From: Octopus bimaculoides
Taxonomy: Eukaryota
DNA length: 64,000 bases
Assembly (NCBI RefSeq): GCF_001194135.2
Contig: NC_068998.1
Coordinates: 53,416,006 to 53,480,005 of the forward strand
Direction of reading: 5' to 3'
The first letter of the stretch is position 1. Each line of letters opens with the position of its first letter. This document shows, piece by piece, positions 52,813 to 64,000 of this stretch. The notes beneath the pieces were generated by a model. It was given only the letters and a program-made list of their open reading frames with translations, had not been told where the DNA came from and searched no databases. A program made the translations under genes and the position numbers.

Positions 52813-55635
52813 GTCTTACTGAATATTGTAAATAATAAGGGAAAGACTTATTCCAATACTGTGAACTAAACTCGAACTGGTTTCGAACTTCTGCTCTAAG
52901 CAGGGCTTTAAGAAAGTACTATCATTTTCCCTAGCTCCTGAATAAATAAATAAATTAGTCTACTATATTTTAGATGAAGAAAGATAACATGTGATGGGAA
53001 CGATACAAACTATTCTCGATGTAGAAGTATATAGTATTTATGTATATGTCAGCACTAACTGGCGATAAACTCATTAATCAAACCTTTCTGACATTTTATC
53101 AATATGTTTGTTGTGATGTTTTGGACATTATTCTAGAATACCAGATATTAACCCATAATAAAGACGAGTTGTTGTGAGAACTCTGATTGACATTATTTCA
53201 GTATAACTTCCATTGTTTCATTTTCTCATTATATGGCCGACGTGGTCAATGGAACTTCCAATTTTTCACCATGTTCTTTCTTTTCATTCCTTGTGTCGAA
53301 CAGACGTCTGATCGCTTCGCTCTCACCGGAAAACTTTTTCTGTTTCTTTGCATTTTATCATTTTAATTTTCAGTTTGTTGAATCAGGATTTTGTTCGATA
53401 CTTGATCAACTCCCCTATCTTCTTGGCAGGAAAGTGAGTTAGCTGTTGCATTACTCTTACAGAACAGTGCAGGCGATTCTAAAAGAGAAAGTGAAAAAGT
53501 GTATGATTATGTGTGTGCATAAAAGAAAGAAAAAACTAGTTACTATTTCTTAAAGACTTTATTTATCGATATCAGGCACATACAATCCAAATCAAAATGT
53601 ACAGACAGAACGCAAACAGCTGGAATCATAGTGGCGATGCATTTGTTTGATAATTTGAGGGTTTTTCCACTCCACAGTCTTTACCAGATTTAATTCAAAT
53701 CAAATTTGACATGACACTCTACCCCTCCCCCCTCTCTCACACTTTCCATCTTTCTCTCAACCAATCTATTCTTTTCTTCTCACCAATTTATTCCTACACA
53801 GAAGTAAATGCTTCTGAATATTATATCATTGTATTTTTCTTAATTCATAAATTTATTATACAGAACATTTTAATTGTGACTTCTATGCTCTTTCTGGCAT
53901 AAAAAAAATTAATTAAAATTGCCTGTGAAGTTAAGACAATTAATGACAGCAGTGGACCATACACTAACTAACCAATAATTTGCTCCACTTACTCTAAAGA
54001 CCAATTTTCGAACGATTTCCTGATAATGGAGTGCATGAGTGTGAAGAAGCGGGATCTACTACTAGGCAGTCAATCGAAAGGGAAGAGACCAATATCAAAT
54101 ATTCCTTAATCAAACAATAACCGCTGACAATAAAACTAGTAAATGATTTTTTTTCCATACCATGAAGCCCTCGCGTAGAACTAAAGATATTACGTATAGG
54201 TAGCATCATATCCAGTTGTTTAGATATGTGTTATTATGGTTTACATATGTATATTAATATGTATGTGTGCTTGTATTTAATTCGCCTTCATTATTTCAAT
54301 TTACGTATCTGTGTTTCTCTCTGTGTGTGCGTGTGTGTATATATGTGTATATATACATATATATATATACTCGTAAACATTTTATACATATATAATATTT
54401 GTATATAGTCATACATATATGTATATATATATTATATATATATGCATATATACATATGTGTGTGTGTTTGTGTGTGTTTTTGTATTCATGTATGTACGTG
54501 CGTACGTCTGTGTTTGTATGTAAGTGTGCGATCACACATTTGAAGTTACAAATGACAAGAAATAGAAAGACGTAATGTAAATATTTACGAAAATAGTGTC
54601 ACTGCACATTGGTGTTAATTTGTGTTACGCGAGTATATATCTGTATTTATATACATGTATACGTATACATACACACATTCATTTATATTCGTGTTTGTAA
54701 ACAAGCGTATATACTTACAAACACTAGACAGGAATGGGCCACGTGATATATAAGTTTGAACAATTCAACGAAACTTAAATTACCATCTACAGTAATTATA
54801 CTAGTTAACATAATGATTGTGATAATTAATGATATTTTTGCAAATAATACTAAAATAATTTTTGTAATAAAATCAATAATAATATTAATTGATGGTATAA
54901 ACCGTAATTACTTCTGAATAAATAATGTACTCCATACAGTAAAATGTAAACAAAACTGCTACAATTGCTTTTAATATGAGGCAACATTTAATAAACCACG
55001 ATTGAACTGTAATACCAGTAGAGGTGATTATCAGACAAGAATTCAGTTCGGTTTAAAAAGTAACGCTATCACATTCAACTCAATGCCAATGCAGGAAGCT
55101 TGTTTAAATCAGTTCACTTCGAAAACGCCGTAAGTGATGGACGCTTGATGGAATTGCAGCCACGAGGATGCATAATTGCATAAGAAGCAATGGGAAGATG
55201 CTGCAATTGAAATCTATACTGGTCATCGTTATATATGCAGTAGAAAGCTGTTTTAAATTTTTTTTAAATGTTTGGGATGTGAACAAATCTCCACCCTCCT
55301 CTTCGTTTTCAATTTATATATATATATATATATATGTACATACNNNNNNNNNNNNNNNNNNNNNNNNNNNNNNNNNNNNNNNNNNNNNNNNNNNNNNNNN
55401 NNNNNNNNNNNNNNNNNNNNNNNNNNNNNNNNNNNNNNNNNNNNNNNNNNNNNNNNNNNNNNNNNNNNNNNNNNNNNNNNNNNNNNNNNNNNNNNNNNNN
55501 NNNNNNNNNNNNNNNNNNNNNNNNNNNNNNNNNNNNNNNNNNNNNNNNNNNNNNNNNNNNNNNNNNNNNNNNNNNNNNNNNNNNNNNNNNNNNNNNNNNN
55601 NNNNNNNNNNNNNNNNNNNNNNNNNNNNNNNNNNN

Positions 55636-55726
<91 letters not shown>

Positions 55727-57059
55727 AATATATACTTATGTATGTATGTGCGAATAAGATTACCTGTGTTCGTATCTGTACATCAACATCTTAGCTGATA
55801 TGTAAAACATTTTGCAAATATTTCCTCTTCGCTGTCGTTCCCTCTTTTATATTATTTAACACCTGTGTCTCTGTACAAGCATTTGCATTTCATTTGTGTA
55901 TTTCCATTGTGTCGATGTTACATCAACACAAGACTGATCTCTATTCTGCAGAATTTACAGTCTTGGACGTTAATGCCACACACTTTCTTGACATTATTAT
56001 TCCCAGGATTTCTTTCCTCTTTTCCATGATTTCTCACAAGTTAAATTTTCTGTTTCTATTTCTTTACAAATGGCGAATGCTAATGAGATTTCACCGAAAG
56101 ATTTTAACAATACTCAACATTCTCATGGCACTATTATAACTTGCCTTTAAGTTACGATATATATATAATATTCGCATTTTTGTTCAGTGTATAACATAAT
56201 GCCATGGAAGATCTACTGTTCTGTCTATATAGAGATTGAAAGAATTTGTTCAAATTGTTGTAAGCAGAACAGGCCATAATCGAGGTTGCATTACTTCTTC
56301 TCTTAACACCATAATTCATTTTCCTCGATCGCCTCCCTCCCTGCCACATATCTTGAGCAAGCCATTTATTATTTTATTCAGTGAATTATTCTCTATCCCT
56401 CCATCGTGTCTTTCTTACAACGAATTTTTCTTTTGAATTGATAGTGTTGAATACTTCTTTACGTAACCACCAAAACCATTATCTTCTGCTTGATACAATA
56501 TTCACAAACCAACGGACAATCGGAACGCTTTTCCTTGATCCACACTACTATCGACGTTGAATTAGTCATGCATTTCAATGGCTTTCTTCTGCTTCTGTTC
56601 CGTTTTTCCCCAGCTCTCGCTGCGTACTCAGCAAACTACTGCTGCAGCTGTTGATTGGCATTTTCTTATTTTCACTACATTTATATTCTAAGCTTTGTAA
56701 AATATTCATTCCAAAACTTGTTATTCATCCTGTCCCCTTACAGTCTGTCAAATTTAACATTGCAAAAATATTCTGAAGTATTTATCCCAGAGACTCTGTC
56801 TGTCTGTGTGTGTGTGTGTGTCTTTGTGCCTGGGGGGGGGGCGTGCGTGTGTCATGGCGTTAGTCCTTCAAATGCACTTGAATTTCTCCTAAATGTCTGT
56901 ACTACTACTTCATTATTAAATACATAAGATTCTTTAAGCAAATTACATGAGAGATTCACTTGGCATTTATTCAATCTACTGAAATAGCAGCCAGATCTAC
57001 CTCAAACCGTACCTTACAGTTTGACAAAATAAAGGAATAGTTTCGTTACCGTATTTCAG

Positions 57060-57350
57060 GGGGAAATATTCCAGCAACAATGTCAGTGAGAGTTGTGAAA
57101 ACTTTAGTGTCTCTGATCATGTTTTTCATAAACCACACAGAATTGGGCAGGAATAAGCAAAAGGACATTATCGCAGCTTCTCCTTTTGTTATCGAAAGAT
57201 CAGCAAGGTTCTTCAGACGATGTCTTTTTACCACCTGATTGAGTACTGTTAAATATGAAAACATCGATCTTTTATGGTTATTGAAAATACTCAAACATAC
57301 CGAAATATATCTGGCATTTTACCTGACATCGGCTGGGAAAAATATTCGAA
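57060..57350 (+). mobile_element. Possible LINE ORF1 remnant (CR1/L2/L1-type)
   Basis: Peptides KPHRIG, KQKDII and LKHTEIYLAFYLT across frameshifts resemble the ORF1 pattern RAHRIG..R.II.KF..LK...I.I.EDLT. Weak. Confidence 0.28.
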
Positions 57351-57499
57351 TCTTTCCGATAATTATTGTTTGTTTGTTTTTTTTTTTTTTTTGGCACAGT
57401 ACGTCTTTACAAGACATTATAATTGCGAGGCATTTTTGTTCCGGTTATCGTTTTTCCTTGTTTTGTCTATCGTGTGCCAACGTGTATTTGGTGACGGTA

Positions 57500-57590
57500 T
57501 GGCTGTTAGTTTAAAAAACTTGCTTTGCAACCAAAGAATCCGAGTTCAGTCTCACTGTGCAACATCTTAAGCGTCTTCTGATATAGATCC
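57500..57590 (+). mobile_element. Family-B SINE 5' head fragment
   Basis: aaaaacttgctttgcaaccaaagaatccgagttcagtctcactgtg...gtcttctgatatag. Confidence 0.5.
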
Positions 57591-57660
57591 GGAAATACAA
57601 ATGCTCTATCAGTGAATTTGCTAGACGTGGATTGCCTGGAAACCTGCCATATATATATAT

Positions 57661-58175
57661 TATAATCCATCGCTGCCCAATAAATCTAAGATGGCCTACA
57701 TTAGAAATGATATCTACAGGGTACGCAGTTAATGCATCGACGCAGGGACCAAAATCGCCGACATCAGACAATTTTTTAAAGACCTGGTAGACAACGGCTA
57801 TCCATATCACCAGACCACCTGAGAAAACCCACACTTACACATTTTCATAAAAATGCCGCACGTTAACGGGAAACAAAATGCTGCAATCAGCCGTGAAATC
57901 CGGAAGGATAGATTGAATGTAAGACTGACACACGTTTAACCTGCTCTCAAGAGAACACATATATATCCATATGTACCCCTGTTTGCGTTTTCGCGCCGCA
58001 AAACCTGCTCCTACTTGTTTGGGCATGAACTCGTCGGAGAGCGTGTGACTGAACATACGAAATGTTCAGTAGGCAGTCGACACCCGTAGTTAACATTTGC
58101 ATACTGTCCTTCTCTTCTAGATTGTGAAAGCGTACCATCACGTTGAATCTAAATAGAGTGAAATTTGAATACTTC
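57661..58175 (+). mobile_element. Penelope-like element remnant (RT C-terminus and decayed GIY-YIG endonuclease)
   Basis: The frame from 57661 reads YNPSLPNKSKMAYIRNDIYRVRS*CIDAGTKIADIRQFFKDLVDNGYP, matching the PLE pattern S.HP..K...R...C.....L...NGYP. Downstream are TCSYLFGHELVGERVTEH (GIY-YIG-like R..EH) and NLNR, in the expected order. Confidence 0.6.
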
Positions 58176-59055
58176 ATTTTTTTATGGGCATATAAGGGTT
58201 AACTGAAAACAGGCCGTGAAAAAACTTACTTTATTTACAACAGCCAAATGTTCTGGGAAATGATGAAAATATATGAAAATATTTGGCGGTGGCGGCGGTG
58301 GTGCTGTTGATGGTGGCGACAACGATGACAACGATGTTGATGACGTTGTTGGTGGTTTTGATGCTGATTGCTGTTGTCATTTGAGTCGTTCGATATTTTC
58401 ATTGACGTTATCAGTTCTTGCCGATGCTTGCAATAGATTTCTTGTTATCTGTTCCTTGAGTTCACTACATTATTTCCCGGAGTTTTATTATTGTTTCCAT
58501 TTCATGTTCTTTATGATATTGCTGCAGGACTGGCAGAGATGCGTGGGTAGGCGGTTGATTTTTGTGTTGGTGTTGGTGATAGGTTGTGTAATCATCGTTA
58601 ATATTATTGTTATTGTTGGTAAAAACAACCATTTTCAACCTCGATTGTATCATAGAAGAACTGATGTTGTCAGAGTTAACACGAACACATTTGATTTATA
58701 TTTCTTTGTAAGATCTTCAGAATTTTTTAACTTTTTTATTCTCTTTGACAAGCGAAAATCCAAGGCAGATGTCAGCTTTATCGTTATCGCTACCATAACT
58801 GTCATCGTTCTTTTCCCATGCTCCCGTTACTTCAAACATCAAACTTGTTGACAATTTCAATATGGTTTTCCTGCTGACTACAAACGACGGGAAAAAAGAA
58901 AATAGTTATGTTTCCTGAAATTAGGTTAAGGCACAGAGAGTTTTATGAACTGTTTTCAATCACCAAAAATATGTTGAACTATATTAACGCTATTAATTCA
59001 AAATTTCCGCTAATAAATTGATGAATGACACACTAAACTAACGATGACTAAACTG

Positions 59056-59142
59056 AACCCAGTAATTTACTGGTACTTTATCTTGTCGACCCCGAAACCA
59101 TGAAATGCAAAATTGATTTTGTTGGTATTTGAACTCAGATCG
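59056..59142 (-). mobile_element. Family-A SINE central fragment
   Basis: cccagtaatttactggtactttatcttgtcgaccccgaaaccatgaaatgcaaa...atttgaactcaga. Confidence 0.65.
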
Positions 59143-59172
59143 GGCCAGTATATGACACTAATAATTTTTTTG

Positions 59173-59358
59173 TATATTTAAGTGATGAGGAATTATGTAC
59201 ATTATTTACATTTGGCGGATATTTGTCCTCATCTTGTTTGTTGTTAACACAAAGTTTCGGCTGATATTATTATTATTATTATTTAGGTCATTGCCTGGAA
59301 TTGAACTCATAGTCTTGGGATCAGTAGCCCGTTCTCTGAACCACTGCACCATATGTCT
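59173..59358 (-). mobile_element. tRNA-headed short element with (AAT)n, a hammerhead-like 3' half and a terminal stem-loop
   Basis: Minus strand order is A box tggtgcagtgg, B box gagttcaattcc, (aat)n, atatcagccGAAActttgtgtt, then the stem gatgagga/tcctcatc (59184-59191 with 59226-59233). Confidence 0.6.
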
Positions 59359-59432
59359 GACGTGATAATGATTCTGTCAGTTTGCCTCAATAATAATGAT
59401 GATGAAAATAATAATAATAATAATAATAATAG

Positions 59433-59531
59433 GCTGTTACAATGGTAGTGATTGTAAGAGCACTAGGAATCACCAAAAACGGAATTGAAAAGTAGTTGAG
59501 AATGCTCGGTGGATTCCCATTCCCGCAAGAA
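59433..59531 (+). mobile_element. R4/Dong-type RLE C-terminal fragment immediately after an (AAT)n tract
   Basis: AVTMVVIVRALGITKNGIEK*LRMLGGFPFPQE resembles the same VIP.IVGALG...K..EK motif as 38815-39029. (aat)n lies at 59407-59430. Confidence 0.55.
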
Positions 59532-59809
59532 GAAGAAGAAGAAAAAGAAGATTACACCGTAGTAGTAACAAAGATGACAGGTCTAAATAAATAACAGTTA
59601 TACTGTCACCATGGCTACAAATTTTAGCCACAATGATACAAATCAAGGCACTGTTGGTGATAACGAAAGATGGGCAATGCTGTGATGGCAAGTTTAAAGT
59701 AACTATAACAGTATTAATGTCAGACTTGACAATAGTTGCAGAGACAACAACCGTCTCTGCATTTGCCACATTGCAGGGGTCAATATCAATAATTTTAAGG
59801 TTGCACAAA

Positions 59810-61650
59810 TATGTCTATCGAAGCCAAAAGGAAAACTACAACAGCACACCAAATCGCTTGTTCTGTGGTTAATCTGGAAACGCATCCCCAGGAGAAAGCC
59901 AGCTGAGGTCGAAGAGTCATCCACTGTTACAAACTCTTCTATAAATACGAACCTGGATGGTCACTTAAACGGGAACTGCCCCACTCGAGCACTTCACGCC
60001 CACCTCCACAGTCACCATAAAATAAATGTTAGAGGATCAAATGGGCCTGCGAAGAGTATACTGAAGTAATGTACGCCTATTACTATGCATTAGGCAGGCC
60101 ATCTGAAGAGAAACACACAGAAAATTCTTATAAAATATGGAGAACACGAAATCAAGACAGCAGACTGTATTTGGACGGAAACAAGTTAGCAAATGTTAGG
60201 AGTGATACTAATATTTTGGAAAACTTCACACTAAATGCCGTTTAGCTCCCATGTGTCATCACACTAATAGCCATACGTGAAGTTAATTGGAAGAGGCGCT
60301 AAGCAAGTAAACGAAAAAATAGAACTCTAGGGTCTAACGCTGAAGGGAGAATATCTATGTTGAGGATGGACGTGATATTTATAAAATACCTAAATTGAAA
60401 AGGAATTTTAAGAATCTGAATAAAAGGCCGGTTCATAATATTTAGATCCCTCAATTACAGAAAATGCATAGCATGGACACAAATGAATTACTCTTTCAGT
60501 TGCGCACTTCAATACTTTTTACTGGGGAATATTTTTTCTGATTTGAGAGTAAGTTTGAATCTCAATAGAAACGGGTAACGGATAATCTAACTGAAGAAAG
60601 CTTATCTTACACCCTGAACACTTAAAAAATGTTATGCCTAGAAACGGAACGCTTAAATGAAAAGGCATAAGAAAATTCAAAACATGAAAATAAAAATGTG
60701 ACAATAGATAACATTAAATCTATAAATATTGGAAACGTAATTCATGTAAATCAACAGCAAATAAATAATGTAACAAAATGCAATAAAATGATGTCATAAC
60801 TGCGCAACGCATTAGCGACTAACAAATAGAGAAACGTATCTACAGAAGCGAGAATATAAGTAGAAGTTTATATGAGAGGGTTTTAGAATAAAATATACGA
60901 AAGATGAAAAGTTTGTCGATCTCTATAATCGCCAGGCAGAAATAGTTAAAGAATAGAAATCAATCCGATATTTTCTTAGAAATATAACGCAGATGAAATA
61001 CTGAAAGAAATGAATAACCAAAGGCGACCATCATTGACGTAGTTATCAGTAATGACAATATCAGTGTCCCCAAATAATATATGCAACATCTACATGAGAC
61101 TCAAAGGAAAATTTGTTGTTCCTGAAGAATGTCATAAAGTTGTAACATCTAAACATAAAGAATGTGGAAGACAAATTTAAGACAGGCGTAGAAAATGAAA
61201 TGAAAAATGTCTCAGTCCTTCGAAATCAACAAAGAAAAGACATAAATGAAAGGAAAATGCCAAGAGAAACAAATATCAAAGAAAATTACTATTACACGAA
61301 TATAAAAAAGATATGAAAAGAATTCCCCGAAAGCAGCAGACTGACAGAAACAAGATATTGTCATTAAAACGCCAGGAATCTTTCGTTATGAAAAGAAACA
61401 ACGATTTTTTAACAAAATAAATTGTTCGAATGTAACCCATAGAGATTTAACCATGAACTACGTGAAAACAAATTAGAAATCAACGTAGCGCCGGCAGCCA
61501 GCGAAGTAGATGTAATGAAAAGGAAGATTATGAACACCAAAATGATCATCGTGGACAACAATGTGTACGATATCCCAACAAACATTTGAAGCAGTAACGA
61601 TACGATATGTAGTTCAGGCATCACAAAATAATAAACGACACAGGGAGGAG
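59810..61650 (+). mobile_element. Decayed R4/Dong-clade LINE, N-terminal region up to the start of the RT domain
   Basis: 60039-60200 reads KWACEEYTEVMYAYYYALGRPSEEKHTENSYKIWRTRNQDSRLYLDGNKLANVR. 61381-61510 reads FRYEKKQRFF / QNKLFECNP*RFNHELRENKLEINVAPAASEV, matching the pre-RT motif RYEKR..FF.QN..F..N.K.F..EL. Boundaries are approximate and the middle is unresolved. Confidence 0.75.
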
Positions 61651-62287
61651 ATAGTTCAAACCTAAATAGGAGGCACACTTACACAGCTGATGTTAATTAA
61701 TGAGCAACTCAAAGAGCCAGAAATTGAAATATTGAGAATGAAGCAACTGTTATCCGTAACGTGTCCGAACTCTTTTTTAACGAGTATCGCGTATTAGATG
61801 CATACGGCTGCAGACAGAGGGCACCTTGAAGACTGACTCGAGCGGACTTTCGTAGCAGTAATATGTGTCAAGTAAATTTCCTGTTTCTGATTTTTGTATT
61901 AAAAAGGCTATTTTGCTGAATAAGATTAATTAACAAAATTCCTCTTCTAGGATCAAATCGCTGTCTACGTTTTGAGAATCAAGAGTAAAGGAAGCTGAGA
62001 AATGGGATGAGAGTGATAACAGACAGGAGAAAAATTACCATGTTTTGGCTGCTTGTACCGTCTTACAATACGTACACTTGCACACGCACACACACACACA
62101 CACACACACATGCATGCATACGGACGCGCACACACATGTATGCATATATATAATATTGGAGTATCAATTTGTATGATATTTTAATTCATATTGATTTTAT
62201 TTGTTTTACAAACTTGTTTTCAACAAAGTAAGACGTGAGGTCATCTGTTATGACGCATGCATACACATACGCATTCATTAGTATGCA

Positions 62288-62336
<49 letters not shown>

Positions 62337-62361
62337 TATATTATATGTGTGTGTATGTATG

Positions 62362-62394
<33 letters not shown>

Positions 62395-62396
<2 letters not shown>

Positions 62397-62475
62397 GAGA
62401 AAGTACATAAATGTGAAACAAGGTGGAAACAAGAGTACTCAAATACCAGAGGTAGAGTAATATGCTTTATCTTTC
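62395..62475. repeat. Probable fragment of a dispersed repeat abutting a (TA)n tract
   Basis: cggagaaagtacataaatgtgaaacaaggtggaaacaagagtactcaaataccagaggtagagtaatatgctttat is recalled as a high-copy octopus repeat. Only one copy is in this window. Confidence 0.3.
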
Positions 62476-63143
62476 AGTCTTTGCCTTGAGCCCTGAGCTT
62501 CTCAGCGATTGTACTGATTTTGCTTTGTCTACGTATTTTTATTATTATTTTATCATCATTATTATTATTATTATTATTATTATACACTCTCACACACACA
62601 AACACCCATATAGGTATGCTAATGTGAAATCTTAATTTGGTACTTCAAAATAATTTTTTGAATAAATGCAGAGTACTTGCGATAGTCAATAGTAATGTAG
62701 GCGCACATTTATTAAAATATTAGTTTTGGTTAAGATTTCCAATTTACCCTCGCGGTTTAGTGAAGCAGTATTGTAGATTGTCTTTTTAATGTTTATATGA
62801 AAGAAAAATGAAAAGCTGCATTTTAAGAAAAAGTGTGTCAAAGTAGTACAATTATAAGGAAAATTCAATAAAGCGACGAATAAAACATATACTATCTTCG
62901 GTTTTGATAATGTGAGAAAATATATGAACACATTATGAAGAAATTGCTAAGAAATTGCAGGTGAGGGAGGCTCCGTAACGTCCAGTGAAGTAATGGAATT
63001 GGTCGGATTTATTTTTATTGAATTTATTGGTGTCAAGAAACTCGGGAAGTATATTGTGGCCTCCCTCGAAATTGGTCATGTACCAAGATCTGAAACTAAT
63101 ATTAATGTACGTTAAATATACATCGATACACACATACACCACA

Positions 63144-63188
<45 letters not shown>

Positions 63189-63337
63189 NNNNNNNNNNNN
63201 NNNNNNNNNNNNNNNNNNNNNNNNNNNNNNNNNNNNNNNNNNNNNNNNNNNNNNNNNNNATATATATACACATGCATATTTTATATATAATTATATATAT
63301 ATATACATATATAATATATATATGTGTTTGTGTGCGT

Positions 63338-63382
<45 letters not shown>

Positions 63383-63583
63383 TATATGAATGCATACATA
63401 TACATGTATGTATGTGTATGAAATAGAAACAGTACAGAAGCAGAAATATGAAATATGTGTGAAGTACATGTAACCTACTTCAAAATTCTTATATACGATT
63501 CTAATTCTCATTCTTATTCTTCTTATTATTATTATCAACATCATCCTCATTATTATTATTATTATCATTAGTATCATCATCAA

Positions 63584-63808
63584 GGCGGCGTGGTTGCTGA
63601 ATTGCTAGCACGCCGTTTGAAATGCTTAGCGGTATTTTATCAGTCGTTACGTTCTGATTTCAAAATCCACCGAGGTCGACTTTGCCTTTCATCCTTTCGG
63701 GGTCGTTTAAATAAATACCTACCAGATACACACTCGGGGTCGACGAAATCGACTGAAACCCTTCTCCCAAATTTTAGCCCTTGCGCTTCCAGTAGAAAGT
63801 ACTATTAT
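63584..63808 (+). mobile_element. Family-A SINE, near full length
   Basis: ggcggcgtggttgctgaattgctagcacgccg...aaatgcttagcggtatt...gaggtcgactttgcctttcatcctttcggggtcg...agtagaaagtactattatt. Confidence 0.85.
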
Positions 63809-63858
63809 TAATATTGTTGTTATTATTAAAATAGTCGGTTTAAACCGAATATATTCAC

Positions 63859-63975
63859 CCCAGGACTTATTCTATGTAAGCGTAGTACTTATACTATCGG
63901 TCTCTTTGCCGAACCGCTAAGTTACGGTGACATACACAAACCAGCATCAGTTGTGAAGCGATGGCAGGGGAGGAC
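63859..63975. mobile_element. Fragment of a further dispersed SINE-like family ending in (CA)n
   Basis: ccccaggacttattctatgtaagcgtagtacttat...gccgaaccgctaagttacgg...gcgatggcagggga followed by (ca)n. Family recalled from octopus sequences. Confidence 0.6.
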
Positions 63976-64000
63976 ACACACACACACACACACACACACA

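Larger units (their letters stand above)
1..64000. repeat. Window-wide dense microsatellites (TA, CA/TG, GA/CT, GTTT, ATT, CAT, GCA) and assembly gaps
   Basis: Dozens of tracts, for example 768-842, 1275-1335, 21665-21752 and 24547-24628. N-runs at about 7606, 9262, 13590, 15745, 16927, 29075, 55344 and 63189, most of them bordered by (TA)n. Confidence 0.95.

Noticed and set aside
53200-53330. GHIMRK peptide on the minus strand (RTE-like)
   Set aside because: A single short motif without flanking support.
62963-63069. 9-bp inverted repeat gagggaggc / gcctccctc
   Set aside because: Too short to distinguish from chance in a 64-kb window, with no extension of pairing.
251-63583. Numerous ORFs rich in YI, HT, CV, ER, LS or X
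   Set aside because: They are translations of (TA)n, (CA)n, (GA)n microsatellites or N-gaps, which lack stop codons.

Overview
AT-rich, repeat-dense eukaryotic DNA with no confidently identifiable host protein-coding gene. The dense (TA)n/(CA)n/(GA)n and decayed trinucleotide microsatellites, the N-gaps sitting inside TA repeats and the SINE families all resemble what I recall from octopus (coleoid cephalopod) genomes; the species call is inference. Almost every ORF in the supplied track is a microsatellite or gap artefact. Translating by eye across stops and frameshifts shows decayed retroelements: an RTE-type LINE C-terminus (11990-12450), R4/Dong-type LINE pieces (38815-39129, 59433-59531, about 59810-61650) and a Penelope-like RT/GIY-YIG remnant (57661-58175). 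Weaker candidates are mariner, hAT, Academ-like and LINE ORF1 remnants. At least a dozen tRNA-headed SINE copies or fragments from several families are present. The most unusual structures are a 71-bp, 97%-identical inverted repeat bracketing 577 bp (414-1132), a 265-bp fold-back whose five transition mismatches would all be G-U on the minus strand and A-C on the plus strand (27672-27936), a tRNA-headed element carrying what looks like the 3' half of a hammerhead ribozyme (59173-59358), and twin stem-loops in the main SINE family with conserved stems and variable loops. All family assignments come from motif recognition and memory, not database searches.
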